From Microthyrium microscopicum (lineage: Eukaryota): a stretch of 64,000 nt of DNA. The notes beneath the pieces are model-generated. The model saw only the letters and a list, made by a program, of their open reading frames with translations. It was not told the DNA's origin and ran no database searches. The DNA lies in contig MU004239.1 of NCBI GenBank assembly GCA_010405405.1, positions 186,001-250,000 of the forward strand, read 5' to 3'. Within the stretch, counting starts at the first letter, position 1. Each line of letters opens with the position of its first letter. Below are positions 1 through 11,507 of the stretch, piece by piece. The position numbers and the translations under genes were made by a program.

Positions 1-139
1 GAAGAATATGTCCCTTTCATGAAACAATGAAGCTGATAGAATGCTGAGACAATGCGCACGTATACGACGAATATGACCTTGACCAAAGTGCGGATGATAT
101 CGATGGGTGAGTATATTATACATACCACTGAGTTTGCAC

Positions 140-1040
140 CTAGTTTACTTGAGTTCCATATCCACGAATCCGCTCCGCGAATTGCCACGACTGGTTCTCG
201 AGCTTCTCGTCCAGCTTGAGATTAACCCCTTCCTTCTTGATGACAGCAATGCTGTAGTTATCCAAACTACGAGCATCTCTGTAGAATAAGACCTTCATAC
301 ACTCCTTGATGACCTTGACTGCCTGCTCCTCTGTGACCTGATCCACCGCATCCTCGTCAGGCACGACCTTGCGCATGATTGGCTGAGCAAGATGTGCCCC
401 GTATCCAGTGGCAAGAGAAGGAGAGGAGAAGGTTGTTCCGAGAAGGTCCACGCTTGCCAGGAAGGGCTCGTCGTCGCTGTCAAGACCAGCTACCAGCATG
501 TGATTCCATAGCGGGTCGAACTTTGTGCGGCGGGCGTACATGACTTTGGAGAGGTATGTGTGGACGTTGTCTGCTGAGAAGCCATCGGTATCTTCTTCAT
601 CGGTAGCGTCGTGTTGATAGTTTTCCTTGATGGATAGGGAGTTGAGTAGGCGGTCAAGGTGTTGCATGTCAGATATGTCGCCTCCGAATCCAATGACGGT
701 TCTCTCGTTGAATTTTCGTAGACGCTTGACGTCGGTGAATCGAGCTAGTGAGCCATATGATGCTAAATGACAGTATTAGTACAATGGTTGGAGTAGCTAT
801 GCTGTGGGCTTGCCCAAATTGTCAGTAGCGATGACTACTCCATCTTTGAACTTGATGGCGACGACGGAGGTACCGGTGACGATAGGCGACTGTGTGTGTT
901 GGTTCGGCGCAGGTGCTTGAAGATATCCATGATTGTAAGGACCGTAGACATCGTCTCTAGGCTTACACCTAATTAGCATAATGTTGGTGGATGGCTGAAG
1001 GATAACGTACACGGCCCCAGGTTTCAGGGAAGTGGTTCAT
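140..1040 (-). CDS. PRE4: 20S proteasome subunit beta-7; 3 exons, introns ~1010-963 and 813-763 (GC-AG)
   Basis: Spliced protein MNHFPETWGRPRDDVYG...[36 protein letters not shown]...GGDISDMQHL...FDPLWN...LATGYGAHLAQP...VLFYRDARS...RGYGTQ; beta-7 motifs. Confidence 0.95.
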
Positions 1041-1447
1041 AATGGATTGGAGGAAGCTGGATTGAAGGGAGGATACTTTGCTACAGCTTCCAGCAACAGA
1101 ATAAAGTCAATAGAAGAAGTGGACGGAGTGAGGAATTGGTGCTCGACAATGGTGGTTCAGAGCTTGAGGTTGGAGGGCCAGGCACAGAGAGCTGTCGCGT
1201 TCATCAAGCGAGGGGTCCAAGTAGCGCGCGTCTAATTTTTCCAATCGGAATCCATTGCTCATCTTTGATATCCGCGTTTTATACTTTCATATTCTATTTC
1301 AGTATTACGGAATATAGCAATGAGATGATGAGGTTGATTAATAGATGTCTTTCCAAGGACGGGATCGTGGCCGATGTACGGAGTACATAGTACTGTAGTT
1401 AAGATAATCTGGTTTGCTTTGTTTATGATTGAATTCGCTCAAAATTG

Positions 1448-2391
1448 CTACCGCCTCCGCTTAGAATCACCCTCATCATACCTCTGAGACTTCTTGCTTT
1501 TGTAAGCATCTCTATCTACACCTGACATGACTTTCTCTGCCGTACTTCGGTTTCCAGTTGTCCGCTGTCCCGGCGCTTTACTCGTCGCTCCAGCTTCCGC
1601 ACTAGCAACGAAGTCAAGTCGCTCTCGTGGGATTTTCGCCTTGATGTCATCCTTCTTTTTCAACAACTGTTGTTGTGTTTTGTTAAGCTGCTCTCCATAT
1701 GCCCAGGGAGGATATGAAGTAGGGACTGCAAGATCATCTGGTAAAGCTGAAGCATACTGGTCGTAGTCATCCACCCCAGCAAAGCCCATGAGCTTTTGAA
1801 GGAGAGCTGGGTTGCGCAGAGCAGGTGAATCTTCTAGCTTAGTGTTGAAATGAACACCTTCCTTTTTGAGCTCAAGAAAGTGCGCAAACTTCTTGTTGGC
1901 TTGTTGTGGAGGGGATGATGGTGGTGATTCGGGAATGCTGAAATTTGGCACAGGAGGCATGGTGAGGCTTCGGACTAAAGTTTGGGTTGCAGAGTATGGA
2001 GATAATGGTGTCAGTTGCTCATGATCTTGGCTATTCGGTTCTGACTGCGGCATTGCTGGTCCAAGAGATGGGCCTGTTTGGACATTTTCGAGTGGCTCTG
2101 GTTCGGCATCGCGCATTTCGACATCCTTTATTGGCTCTGTTGAAGGAGCCGGTACTGGCTCTGGCTTATCGGCTATACGATGATATGAGCTCAGATTCAT
2201 GTCTAGCAGACAGTTTTACTCACAAATTGTGGTTTTTGCTATCGCCGCAGTGTTGCTCGCCTGCGTTGTGTTTGTCTAATGTGAGGCTGTTAGTAGCCAT
2301 CTTGATCCTGATTCCTGTCTAAAATTAGGTCAGACTCTACCTCAGAAGCATCTTCCTCATCACTACTTCCATAGTCAACAATCCCTATCAT
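1448..2391 (-). CDS. HCNGP/SAP30-binding-protein-like protein; introns ~2340-2277 and ~2222-2172
   Basis: N-terminal MIGIVDYGSSDEED; core FAHFLELKKEGVHFNTKLEDSPALRNPALLQKLMGFAGV...YPPWAY typical of the HCNGP family; splice phases are consistent. Confidence 0.8.
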
Positions 2392-2634
2392 ATTGCCTCT
2401 TGGTATGTAGCTATGGAAACAAGCGGTGATTGCTACGAAAAAGAAAAGTTGACACAATGAAGTGGATCGTTACAATTTGCGATTGGCAGATGTTCTCTTA
2501 CTGGTAACTAGCCCCGCCACACAGAACGACACACTTCCAACTGTAGTGTGCAAACAAGGAAGATTTCTCTTGACATCTTCCTTCCAAGGTTTATATTTGA
2601 TATATTGATGTACGCAAAAATCTAAGTCTATCTA

Positions 2635-3876
2635 CTAGACACCTTGAATCACTGACCTGCGTATTCCGACAAAATTGAAGAATTTAGGAGCATCAGTATC
2701 CGAAGCTCGACCTGTGCTTGTAATGAGCGACCGCGGGAGGCGTAACCTTATATAGTCTTTCCCAACAAACTGGATTTTGAATTTGAACCGTCCATCAGGA
2801 CACTGCCCCTTCGGAAACACTGTTTTGATTTTCTTGCGCCGAGCTTGTTCAGGTAGCATGAACTCCGACGAGAGGAGGAAGCAAAGATCTTCGACATTTA
2901 GGCAAGCACGAATCGCTCTTGATGCTTCTACGCGGTTCGGGCGGAACTTGGGCATAGGAACCACATCGCCACACTCGTCCGGGTATTGAAAGTCAAGGTA
3001 ATGGTGGGGATGGTAGAAGTCGAGCGTATAACCGTCGTAATAGTTGGTTTTGAAAAGGTCGGTTGAGAATAGGTAGAATCCTTGTCGAGCGAAATCTTTC
3101 ATAGACAGATCCTCGCCTTTCGCTCCACTCTCTCTACGAGCCTTTAAAGAATCGTAGATTCTTTTCACCTTATTCATATGAAACTCCTCATCTATCAGCG
3201 CGCGCGCTTGTGCCTTCTTGTCGTATTCTTCTCCTTCTTTGATGACTCGCTTTAGAGCTTCGCGCTTCGTCTTATGATGGTGATATTTCTCATTGAGCCT
3301 TTCAATGAGAACTACAGGGGCTCTTGGTTCACAGTCGCAATCTGAGTAGTCGAAATCGCAGTCGCAGTCCGAGTCATCGGGATCGCATTGACATTTGATT
3401 TTTTCCTTCTCGTCGTCCTGGAGTGAGTCCTCATCTGAATAATCTTCTGGCTCACACTCACAGTCCGAATCGTCGGAACCACAGAAGCAGTCTTCGTCTT
3501 CCGGATGGCACAAGCACCTGGTCTTGTCATCCTCATCTGCCTGGGGTGAGTCCACGTTCACCATAGGGGAATCCTCGTCAACACTGGGTGGATCCTCGTC
3601 TACCTCAGATGAGTCTTCAGGATCTCCGGGTTCTTCATCACTCAATGATGAGTCTTCGCCTATCTCAGAAAGATCCTCATCATAAATGTTTTTACCTCGG
3701 TATATGTTGGCAGGAGGCTGACATCCACGTTTACAGTAGCAATCTTGGTGCGTCGCATAACAACCTTCCCGAACGATCCGCTGAAACCAAGGCGGAAATT
3801 CAGTGATGTCGCGACGAAGCCTTTTTCGGACACCTGCTGAGCGAGGTTGTAAAGCGTCGGCCTGGGATTGAGGCAT
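2635..3876 (-). CDS. Hypothetical Cys/Asp-rich protein, family A copy 1 (intronless)
   Basis: Long ORF; first plausible ATG is MPQSQ at 3876; shares FPxW, NIYDEDLSE, CxCD...CDC, YDSLK, FxL(F/Y)SxDL and IQFxGK motifs with the next two ORFs. Confidence 0.75.
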   Translation of the reverse strand: MPQSQADALQPRSAGVRKRLRRDITEFPPWFQRIVREGCYATHQDCYCKRGCQPPANIYRGKNIYDEDLSEIGEDSSLSDEEPGDPEDSSEVDEDPPSVDEDSPMVNVDSPQADEDDKTRCLCHPEDEDCFCGSDDSDCECEPEDYSDEDSLQDDEKEKIKCQCDPDDSDCDCDFDYSDCDCEPRAPVVLIERLNEKYHHHKTKREALKRVIKEGEEYDKKAQARALIDEEFHMNKVKRIYDSLKARRESGAKGEDLSMKDFARQGFYLFSTDLFKTNYYDGYTLDFYHPHHYLDFQYPDECGDVVPMPKFRPNRVEASRAIRACLNVEDLCFLLSSEFMLPEQARRKKIKTVFPKGQCPDGRFKFKIQFVGKDYIRLRLPRSLITSTGRASDTDAPKFFNFVGIRRSVIQGV

Positions 3877-4413
3877 GCCAACGGCTGGCAAAGTGGGGTG
3901 CGACACGAGATTGACCTGGGCCTTGGTTGGAGCTCCGAATTTGCAACTCGTTCGATGAGCGAGGGTTGCAGACAAGCTGAACACTAAATTGAACGAATTT
4001 AGGAGATTCAAGCAATAACGCGTAACTGTCAATGGGGAAGAAGTCGAAGGGAAGGAGGAGGAAGTTAGATGTTGAAAGCGACCAGCTCGGAGCTCAGGGT
4101 CAATGAGAAATCCGAAGCTAGCAACGATGTGATCTTGCTGTGATCGAGACCGAACAGGCCAACTCGCCAAACCAGTAAGCTGACCAATTGTTTAGAAATT
4201 TAGTCTTTGAATTTCTGAACAGTTGTATGGAATCGAAACTAAAGCCCATTTCATTTCTGACTGAGTACATTTTGGTAGGCAGTTGAAAACCCAGCCTTGC
4301 CAGCTACATGCCCGTTATCGAAGATGGAATCCCGGATTTTCGAAATAGCACATGTGAAACTAGAGTATTGTAGATGAAGATCCGAAAGCATATATTGGTC
4401 TTCTAGCCAACTA

Positions 4414-5706
4414 TCATGCTTCGTCCTCATCTGAACTCCAGTCTGAATCAGCTCTAGGGCGATAGATGTCTTGTTGCACCGGCACACCATGCAAAACGCC
4501 TACAAGTTCAAGCATTTCGGGTCCATTGGTTGCGTCTCCTTCAGTGAACGCCCCTTGTTCAATGAAGAAACTGCGCGAAATGCGTAATTTTAGGCATCTC
4601 TTTCCGAGGAACTGAATGGTCATTTTGTGGTGGCCCAGTTGCTCCTTTGGGTTTCTGCCATAATTACTCTCAATAATTGGAGCAACCACATGCTTGCGAC
4701 TTGCTCGTTTTGGCAGTCTGAAGTCTCTAGATGTACTAGAATACAGACCATCTGTGAACCCCAGCGATGCGGAAAGCATTCTCGACTTGCCTATACGCTC
4801 CCCTCTTTTGAGATCCTCACTGTCGACGGCCCTGGGTAAGTCGAATTCTATGTAGTGATTGGGTGTATAGTGCTCTTCGTCATAACTGTCCCATAGTTCA
4901 AGCTCAGACTCATCTGGATAGTTGGCTCTGACTAGATCCGAGGAGTATAGTTGGAAGCGCTGATAGAGGATCTCTTGGAACGGGGTCTTCTTACCCTTCT
5001 CTCCAGTTTTCCTCCTTGTCTTCAAAGAGTCGTAAACTGATTTTACCCTGTCTTCGTAGGCCTCCAGCTCGTCCAATAATCCAGTCCTCGCCTTGTCAAT
5101 TATTGCTTGTCTTTTGGCCTCGACCCTCTCTTCTCTAGCCAACTCTCTAGCCTCAGCTCTTTCTCTTTGTCTTTTTAGTCTCGCTGCTTCTTCCACTGCG
5201 AACACTGCGGCGCCCTTCTCTCGTATATCCTTGAGTCTCCTTAGTTCAAGTTGGCGCTCTTCACGCTCCTTGTTGAATTCATCAAATTGCTCGCACAGAG
5301 TACCTGCGTGTGATATCTCGTCATCGTCTTGTCGCTCCTCACACTCGCAATTCGGATCATCAAGATCACACTCGCATCGCGAAGCATACGTATCACAATA
5401 ACAATTGTAGTCTGGACTCAGGTCTGGTAAAGTCCAATCGTCGCCGAGTTCTGATAGGTCTTCATCATAGATGTTCTCTGGGGCGCTGCATTTGGGGCAG
5501 TCGCAGTCTAGTTTGCCGCGGTCCCGACGACAGAATGAGCCGCCGTAGAAAGGGTCTTTGGCGTAGTCGTGCCGAAGCGCTGTTTGGAACCAAGATGGGA
5601 AGTCACGAACTTGACTACGCCGCTTCTGAACGCGTGCAGGTTTTGGTTTCAGGGGGTCTTGCGTAGATCTGGTCATTTTGCAGCTCCTCTGGTGCCCCGG
5701 TGTCAT
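4414..5706 (-). CDS. Hypothetical Cys/Asp-rich protein, family A copy 2
   Basis: 430-aa ORF with DFPSWF, CDCPKC, NIYDEDLSE, SHAG, FQLYSSDL, FRLPKRA, IQFLGKRCLKL. Confidence 0.8.
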   Translation of the reverse strand: MTPGHQRSCKMTRSTQDPLKPKPARVQKRRSQVRDFPSWFQTALRHDYAKDPFYGGSFCRRDRGKLDCDCPKCSAPENIYDEDLSELGDDWTLPDLSPDYNCYCDTYASRCECDLDDPNCECEERQDDDEISHAGTLCEQFDEFNKEREERQLELRRLKDIREKGAAVFAVEEAARLKRQRERAEARELAREERVEAKRQAIIDKARTGLLDELEAYEDRVKSVYDSLKTRRKTGEKGKKTPFQEILYQRFQLYSSDLVRANYPDESELELWDSYDEEHYTPNHYIEFDLPRAVDSEDLKRGERIGKSRMLSASLGFTDGLYSSTSRDFRLPKRASRKHVVAPIIESNYGRNPKEQLGHHKMTIQFLGKRCLKLRISRSFFIEQGAFTEGDATNGPEMLELVGVLHGVPVQQDIYRPRADSDWSSDEDEA

Positions 5707-6548
5707 GAGAAGATGTATCTAAGTGATGACAATTCGGACGGGTATAAGAAAGTGATATCGTATCAGGGCCGAATGGAAAGAGGAGACAAAGAGAACGGTG
5801 GGAATAGTGGATGATGAAAATGCCGACTGATTAAGAATTGGGACTTGGTGACAGGATTAAGCTTGGACCATAGCGAGGACGCGCGACGCGCGACGTGACG
5901 AGAAGAGAATTACATTAGGTTAGATCACATCGGCGATCGCGGATTAGATCCGCGAATGGAGGCGTTGACGACGCTGTAAAATTATGTGAGCGGGTTTTGA
6001 AAGTAGTAGGGCCTAACTTTGAACTGAGCTATTCATCCTCTTCATATCCGTAGTTGAGTCTACTCCAGGACAATCCTTTCGCAAACATCGTGTCATTTCA
6101 ATTCCTCCTTTTGCTAATGCACCACGCACCACGCACCATGCAAGACCCTTACAATGTCGTTCATTCGAAGGGGCACTGCTTGCATGATCATCGAACTTGC
6201 CCTTTGGCCGAACAAAATACCTCCGCGGAAGACGTGGGCGTCGCATCTTTTTTCGATAAACTGATTACTTTCAGGTTAATGGTCCTTGTCATAGGTATAT
6301 GCTTCATCATGCTTTTTCTGGGTAACCACGACCCATAACTCACTTGTTTTGTCGGGGCTTATACGACGAAATCGTCATCATTAAGGGTTCCAGCAAAGTC
6401 AAGCTATGCAGGTAACAATTTGAAGTCCTGTTAATGCTGTCGTTCACCGACTGACAATCCGCGTTGTCCATCATGGGCACGCATCCTCCGTAATCAATGA
6501 CCATACTCTGCCGCTGCTTTCACTCACATGTATGAAGCGGTGATATCC

Positions 6549-7733
6549 TCAAGTCGCCGGGCCGTGCCACACGCCACAGAATTCTAGCACGTCGGGAATG
6601 TGATCGTCGGGGATGATGATCCGGTCAAACAAAGCCTTTTGTATATGTAGCTTCAAGCAACGCTTTCCAATGAACTGGATACTGACATCGTACTTTCCTT
6701 CATCGGCTCTGACTTTTCGAGCTTTGCGCCGAGCTCTTTTTGGAAGCTTGAAATTGGCCGTACCGAATACAGGAGTATCATGGATGACAATCCTGGCGCA
6801 AAGCACTCTAGACTTTCCTTCCGGTTCTTCTTGTTCTTCGCATGCGGAGTCTTTAGAAAGAAGCAATTCCACCTCATGTATCTGATCGGAAAATTGAACG
6901 GGTGGATAGGCATCATCATACGAGTCGAACTTGACCATGTCTGAGGAGTACAATCGGAATCTTTGACCAACCATGTCCTTGAATGGAAGCTTTTCACCCT
7001 TTTCGCCTGCTTTTCGAGAGTCTTTCAGAGTTGCGTACACAGCTTGTACTTTCTTCTCATATGATTCGTTCTGAGCTAGCAGTTCAGCCTTGGCCGTCTC
7101 GAATTTTTCTACCTTCCTAGCTTTTGCTTTCTCTCGTCTTGCTAAGTGATTGCTCTTCACCGTTGCACATTTGGCTTGATAAGCCTTTTCGCCATTCTTT
7201 TTGATGAACTTCCCAATCTTCAGCTCTCGTTTTCGTTTCTCGCGAGAAAAGTTATGGTTATCGTATTCTTCATAGAGGCTACCAGCATGTGACCAATTAT
7301 CCTCCTCCTCTAGCAAGCAGTCGCATTCCGAGTCTTTAGGACCACACTTACAATCCCAAGCATCTATATCACAATAGCATGCGATGGCTTCTCTTTCGTC
7401 TTCGTTTGCAGACAGATTCATATCCTGTTCTATCTCGGACAGGGTCAATTCTTCATCTAATCCAGACATGTGGTTGTCGTAGATGTTTGTGGGAGTCTTG
7501 CAACTCAGGCATTTGCAAGCCCTGGCAGGGCCTCGTGAGGAGCCTTCACAGTCCCAATGGTCATAGCGACGACAGAATTCAGCACCACCACCAAAATTCG
7601 TGCTGTGATTAAATGTGTATTGCATGGCGACTTTCAACCAAGCTGGGAAGTCATCGATTGTGCTTCGTCGCTTGGTGGGGTCTTTGGGTTTGGATGGTCG
7701 GCTTTCTGGGTCGAAAAGCCGGAATCGAGGCAT
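6549..7733 (-). CDS. Hypothetical Cys/Asp-rich protein, family A copy 3
   Basis: 394-aa ORF with DFPAWL, CKCLSC, NIYD, SHAG, FRLYSSDM, FKLPKRA, IQFIGKRCLKL. Confidence 0.8.
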   Translation of the reverse strand: MPRFRLFDPESRPSKPKDPTKRRSTIDDFPAWLKVAMQYTFNHSTNFGGGAEFCRRYDHWDCEGSSRGPARACKCLSCKTPTNIYDNHMSGLDEELTLSEIEQDMNLSANEDEREAIACYCDIDAWDCKCGPKDSECDCLLEEEDNWSHAGSLYEEYDNHNFSREKRKRELKIGKFIKKNGEKAYQAKCATVKSNHLARREKAKARKVEKFETAKAELLAQNESYEKKVQAVYATLKDSRKAGEKGEKLPFKDMVGQRFRLYSSDMVKFDSYDDAYPPVQFSDQIHEVELLLSKDSACEEQEEPEGKSRVLCARIVIHDTPVFGTANFKLPKRARRKARKVRADEGKYDVSIQFIGKRCLKLHIQKALFDRIIIPDDHIPDVLEFCGVWHGPAT

Positions 7734-8069
7734 CGCGCTGAGCTTCTTAAGACTGAATGCAGAGTTGGAAGCAGTATACTAGCTATTGTCGCCCGTCAAT
7801 TGGAAATGGCAAAGTCACCGATACAAACTTTTTGGCAGAGGGTGAGTTGAGGTTAGGAGCTCACAAAGGTCGTAAAATATTAAAGCTTGGACTAAAGCTT
7901 GGACCATGCCTCATCCACGTCAACTCTGGAGGCCTTCAAAGCTCCAGACATCCCTCCCACCGAGCTTCATGCAACCACAACCAAAACATCCATCGACTCT
8001 GCTCACAAGCCCCAATACAACCTATAGCTCCCATATACAAGCCTCCTTCCATCCCGCTGCATAGTCATC

Positions 8070-8910
8070 ATGGCGTCCATATTACCAGGCGCTCCACAAG
8101 AGGGCATTGGATACTCCTTCTCACAAGCTGCCCCAAACGCCGCTTCAGAACCCAGACAGCACTCTTTCTACCCGTAGGTATATCTAATTTGCTCACTATT
8201 TCAGAATCTCACATCTATGCAGCTACTCAGACAATGGCGGAACCTCTCTAGGCATCAGCGGTACTGATTTCACCATCATGGCGGCCGACACTCGTAACGT
8301 CTCCGGCTACAGCATCAATACCCGCTATTCACCCCGTCTATACCTCATTGGTGGCGAAGGTCCAGAGAACAAAGGTGCCCGCATCGTGCTATCAGTAGTC
8401 GGCTTCACAGCTGATGGCTCCGCGCTGAAAGAGCGTCTTGACAACATCGTCAAGATGTACAAATATCACCACGGCAAGCCCATGAGTGTCTCCGCCTGCG
8501 CACAACGACTGAGCCATCTACTCTACAGCAAGCGATTCTTCCCCTTCTACGTGTCAGCAATCCTAGGTGGCTTGGATGAGGAGGGCAAGGGTGCACTGTA
8601 CAGCTACGATTATGTGGGCAGCTATGAAAGAGAGCAGTGTCGGTCTGCTGGTGCCGCATCTAGTTTGATCATGCCGTTCCTCGACAATCAGGTCAACTTC
8701 AAAAATCAGTATCAACCTGGTAGTGGAACTGGCCACAACCTGCAAGCAGTCGTCGCAGAGCCATTGCCGCGAGAACGAGTCACTCAATTGGTTAGAGACG
8801 CATTTACGAGTGCCGTGGAGCGACATATCGAGGTTGGTGATGGATTACAGATGATGATCATCACAAAAGATGGTGTTCAGGAGAAGTATGTCGAGTTGAA
8901 AAAGGATTAG
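8070..8910 (+). CDS. PRE7: 20S proteasome subunit beta-6; intron 8174-8222
   Basis: Spliced FYPYSDNGGT...AADTR...KRFFPFYV...GSYEREQCRSAGAASSLIMPFLDNQV...ERHIEVGDGL...LKKD. Confidence 0.95.
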
Positions 8911-9292
8911 TCGCGTTTAGCGGTCACCCTTGGTATTTTACGACCAAAGTCAATCAAAGCATTAGCGAATCAAATGCTTACGTTCATGCTCCCTCGAGCA
9001 ACGCCAAATCGTGACACCGCCTGACCCCTTTATTGCATGATAGGTTTGCATGTCTCAACAGACCAGCTCATTCTTCCTTGCCCAGATTAGCAGGTTGTCA
9101 CCGAACAAATTTGAGCTAAAGTGTCAGTCCTATGATTGTGTCAAGACTAAATTATCATTTCAGGCCTGTCTAAGTACCTATGTATGTACGTACCATAGGA
9201 CTGTCTCAACAACCCGCGAGCTAGAACATATAGCTAGTCGTAGCCCCAGACCATACTTCGTCATAACTACACATCTATCTCATGACTACAAT

Positions 9293-9925
9293 CTAAGATG
9301 GTGGTGCAGCTGGTGCGTCACCCTTGGGGAAGCCACCCTTGCCACCGAAGCCCTTTCCTGCGCCTTGGTGATTGTTAGCACATAACAGAAGCTTATAGCC
9401 AGGAGAGTACGTACCTGGAGCGCCTCCTTGTGGGAAGCCACCAGCACCACCATTTGGTCCTTGGAAACCGCCTTGCTTTCCGCCCTTGGGGAATCCACCG
9501 GCTCCGCCCTGCTTAGGGAATCCGCCGGCACCACCTTGCTTGGGGAATCCGCCGGCACCGCCCTGCTTGGGGAAGCCACCAGCACCACCCTTTGGTCCTT
9601 GGAAACCGCCTTGCTTTCCGCCCTTGGGGAATCCACCGGCACCTCCCTGCTTGGGGAAGCCACCAGCACCGCCCTGCTTAGGGAATCCACCGGCACCGCC
9701 CTTGGGAAGTCCACCAGACTTGGGGAATCCTTGGCCTAGGCCACCGGCTGGTGCGGCGGGGAGATCTTGAGGAGCTGCAAGAGCGAGGCCACTAAGGAAA
9801 AGAGAGGTTAGTCTCGAGTTATAAAGAGCATGGAAAACCGGGTACACGGTATAGGACGCGTGGCATCCGTGTTCCTGGCTGATGGAAACTTACATGAAGG
9901 CAGCGAGGATTGCGATGCGAACCAT
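9293..9925 (-). CDS. Small secreted Gly-rich repeat protein with GGAGGFPKQ repeats; introns 9893-9792 and ~9415-9365
   Basis: Spliced signal peptide MVRIAILAAFIGLALAAPQ followed by ~8 GGAGGFP(K/Q) units; canonical GTAAGT/GTACGT donors and CTAAC branch sites. Confidence 0.8.
9428..9710. repeat. Coding tandem repeat: 27-nt units plus a 138-nt higher-order duplication
   Basis: tttggtccttggaaaccgccttgctttccgcccttggggaatccaccg occurs at 9453 and 9591. Confidence 0.85.
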
Positions 9926-11507
9926 ATTTGCTGATTATGTAAAGGAGTGACTAAGTTGGTAAGTAGTAACGGTAGGTTGGGAAATAATGTCTGAACTTGA
10001 ACGGTGGTACTGACTGAAACAGCGAGGGGACAGAGCTATAAACTTATATAGACAAACTTATCCAGGGACTAGGACTTGACAGCTACAGGTACACAGCACT
10101 GGACAGTGCTGCTCGGCCTATAATGGAGTGACTGTAGGACATATGTGCAACGTGCTTATGGTGGAGACAATGATCTTCAGCAGTTTTCTCTAGAGCAGCA
10201 AGATTCTAGGTTCGGGGAAATTATCATGTCGTAGATGATAATTTGCCTTCTTCATCTCCGAGAAATATAATATTCTCCGCCAGCGACTGACCATATATCT
10301 TGCCACTCTCTATCCAATTGTGACCACAATTGAATACCAAGAGACCAGGTCTGATAAGTTTGCAAGTTAAGGGGCAATGACAATGACATCGGCCCACTAG
10401 TCTATGACCTGGCAGCATTTAGCATTGGTGGAGATAATCAGCATGAATAGATGAAGTGTAGTTTCGAACAGATCGAGCAAGCACGAGAAATGGCCTGAAA
10501 TGATGTATGATTTGGACCTGAACAAAGTTGTCTTGGCTGGCTGTACGCATAAGGACTGGACCAGTAGAAATCAACTGCTTCACTGCAAGGCTCATCTTAG
10601 CAGATTGATTGGCATTGGTTCAGGCACTTTACCAGGTAAGTTGACTTACAGTTTAGATGATCTTCCACCATAGTTCGCATGGGAATATAAACAGCCAGTT
10701 GTGGGAAATGAAGGTCTGTCATAATGGAGATCCAGGGCTCATAATGATGCCATAGCTTTACTTTGCGCAGGACTTAGAAGCTGATCTCCTGCTGGGAAGT
10801 ATACACTGAGCCAGTGGAAAGTGTGGGATGGGAGAGTAAGATGAACCGCGAGATGACTTGGATCAGTTGGCCCCATTATATGGTCAATTCATTTCCTTGA
10901 GATCGCAACTTTGCGACGAATTTCCGAACCCAAAGCATAGAGGTGCAAAAGACAGCTTTCTTTGGCATTGCATGATGGGGTTAGAGAAATTTCCGGTTGT
11001 GCTCATTTGCATGTCCTGGGGCGTCCAAGTTGTTATATTATTTCTATATCTGGAGATCATAAACCGAGAATTTCAGTCTCTTTGCTCGTGTTAGATGTTA
11101 TTAGGACTCCTTTCCAAATCTGCGCCAATCGGGGCTTGAGAAACTCCGCCATATCGTAAAATCTGATCGAGATATAGAGCCCTATACAACAGGCCATGGA
11201 CGCACTCACTGTAACTTCAATACTTTAAAGCATTCGGCCCGTCTAGCCTCGCTCTCGGTGTTCTCCACTCGTGTGAATACTTCTCCACATCCGAGACGAC
11301 TTTGTGGCCCTGTTCTCAGAAACATGCTGCATTGTGGGTCATAAACTCGCGATAACCAACACCACGCTCCAAACGCTGAAACCAGTTTGCGCACTAGCAT
11401 CGCAATGATGTACATTAGCCTATCTATCGCGTGAGTGATGTGTCCCGTTCCGTGTCTATTGCCAGGTATAGCACGTCACTCCACGGCTACTATAAGCCCC
11501 TGGATGG

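Noticed and set aside
3877..4170. Upstream extension of the 511-aa ORF
   Set aside because: Starts at a non-ATG codon and has no counterpart in the two paralogues; ATG 3876 aligns with their starts.
6054..6338. Short ORF ending in a hydrophobic stretch (LMVLVIGICFIMLFL)
   Set aside because: No homology or splice support recognisable; may be chance, though a small membrane protein cannot be excluded.
9428..9770. Plus-strand ORFs with CLGNPPAPP / LGESTG repeats
   Set aside because: Antisense shadows of the Gly-rich gene, which has a spliced signal peptide on the minus strand.
10000..11450. Several 60-80 aa ORFs in the long intergenic region
   Set aside because: No coding signature, motifs or consistent splice sites.
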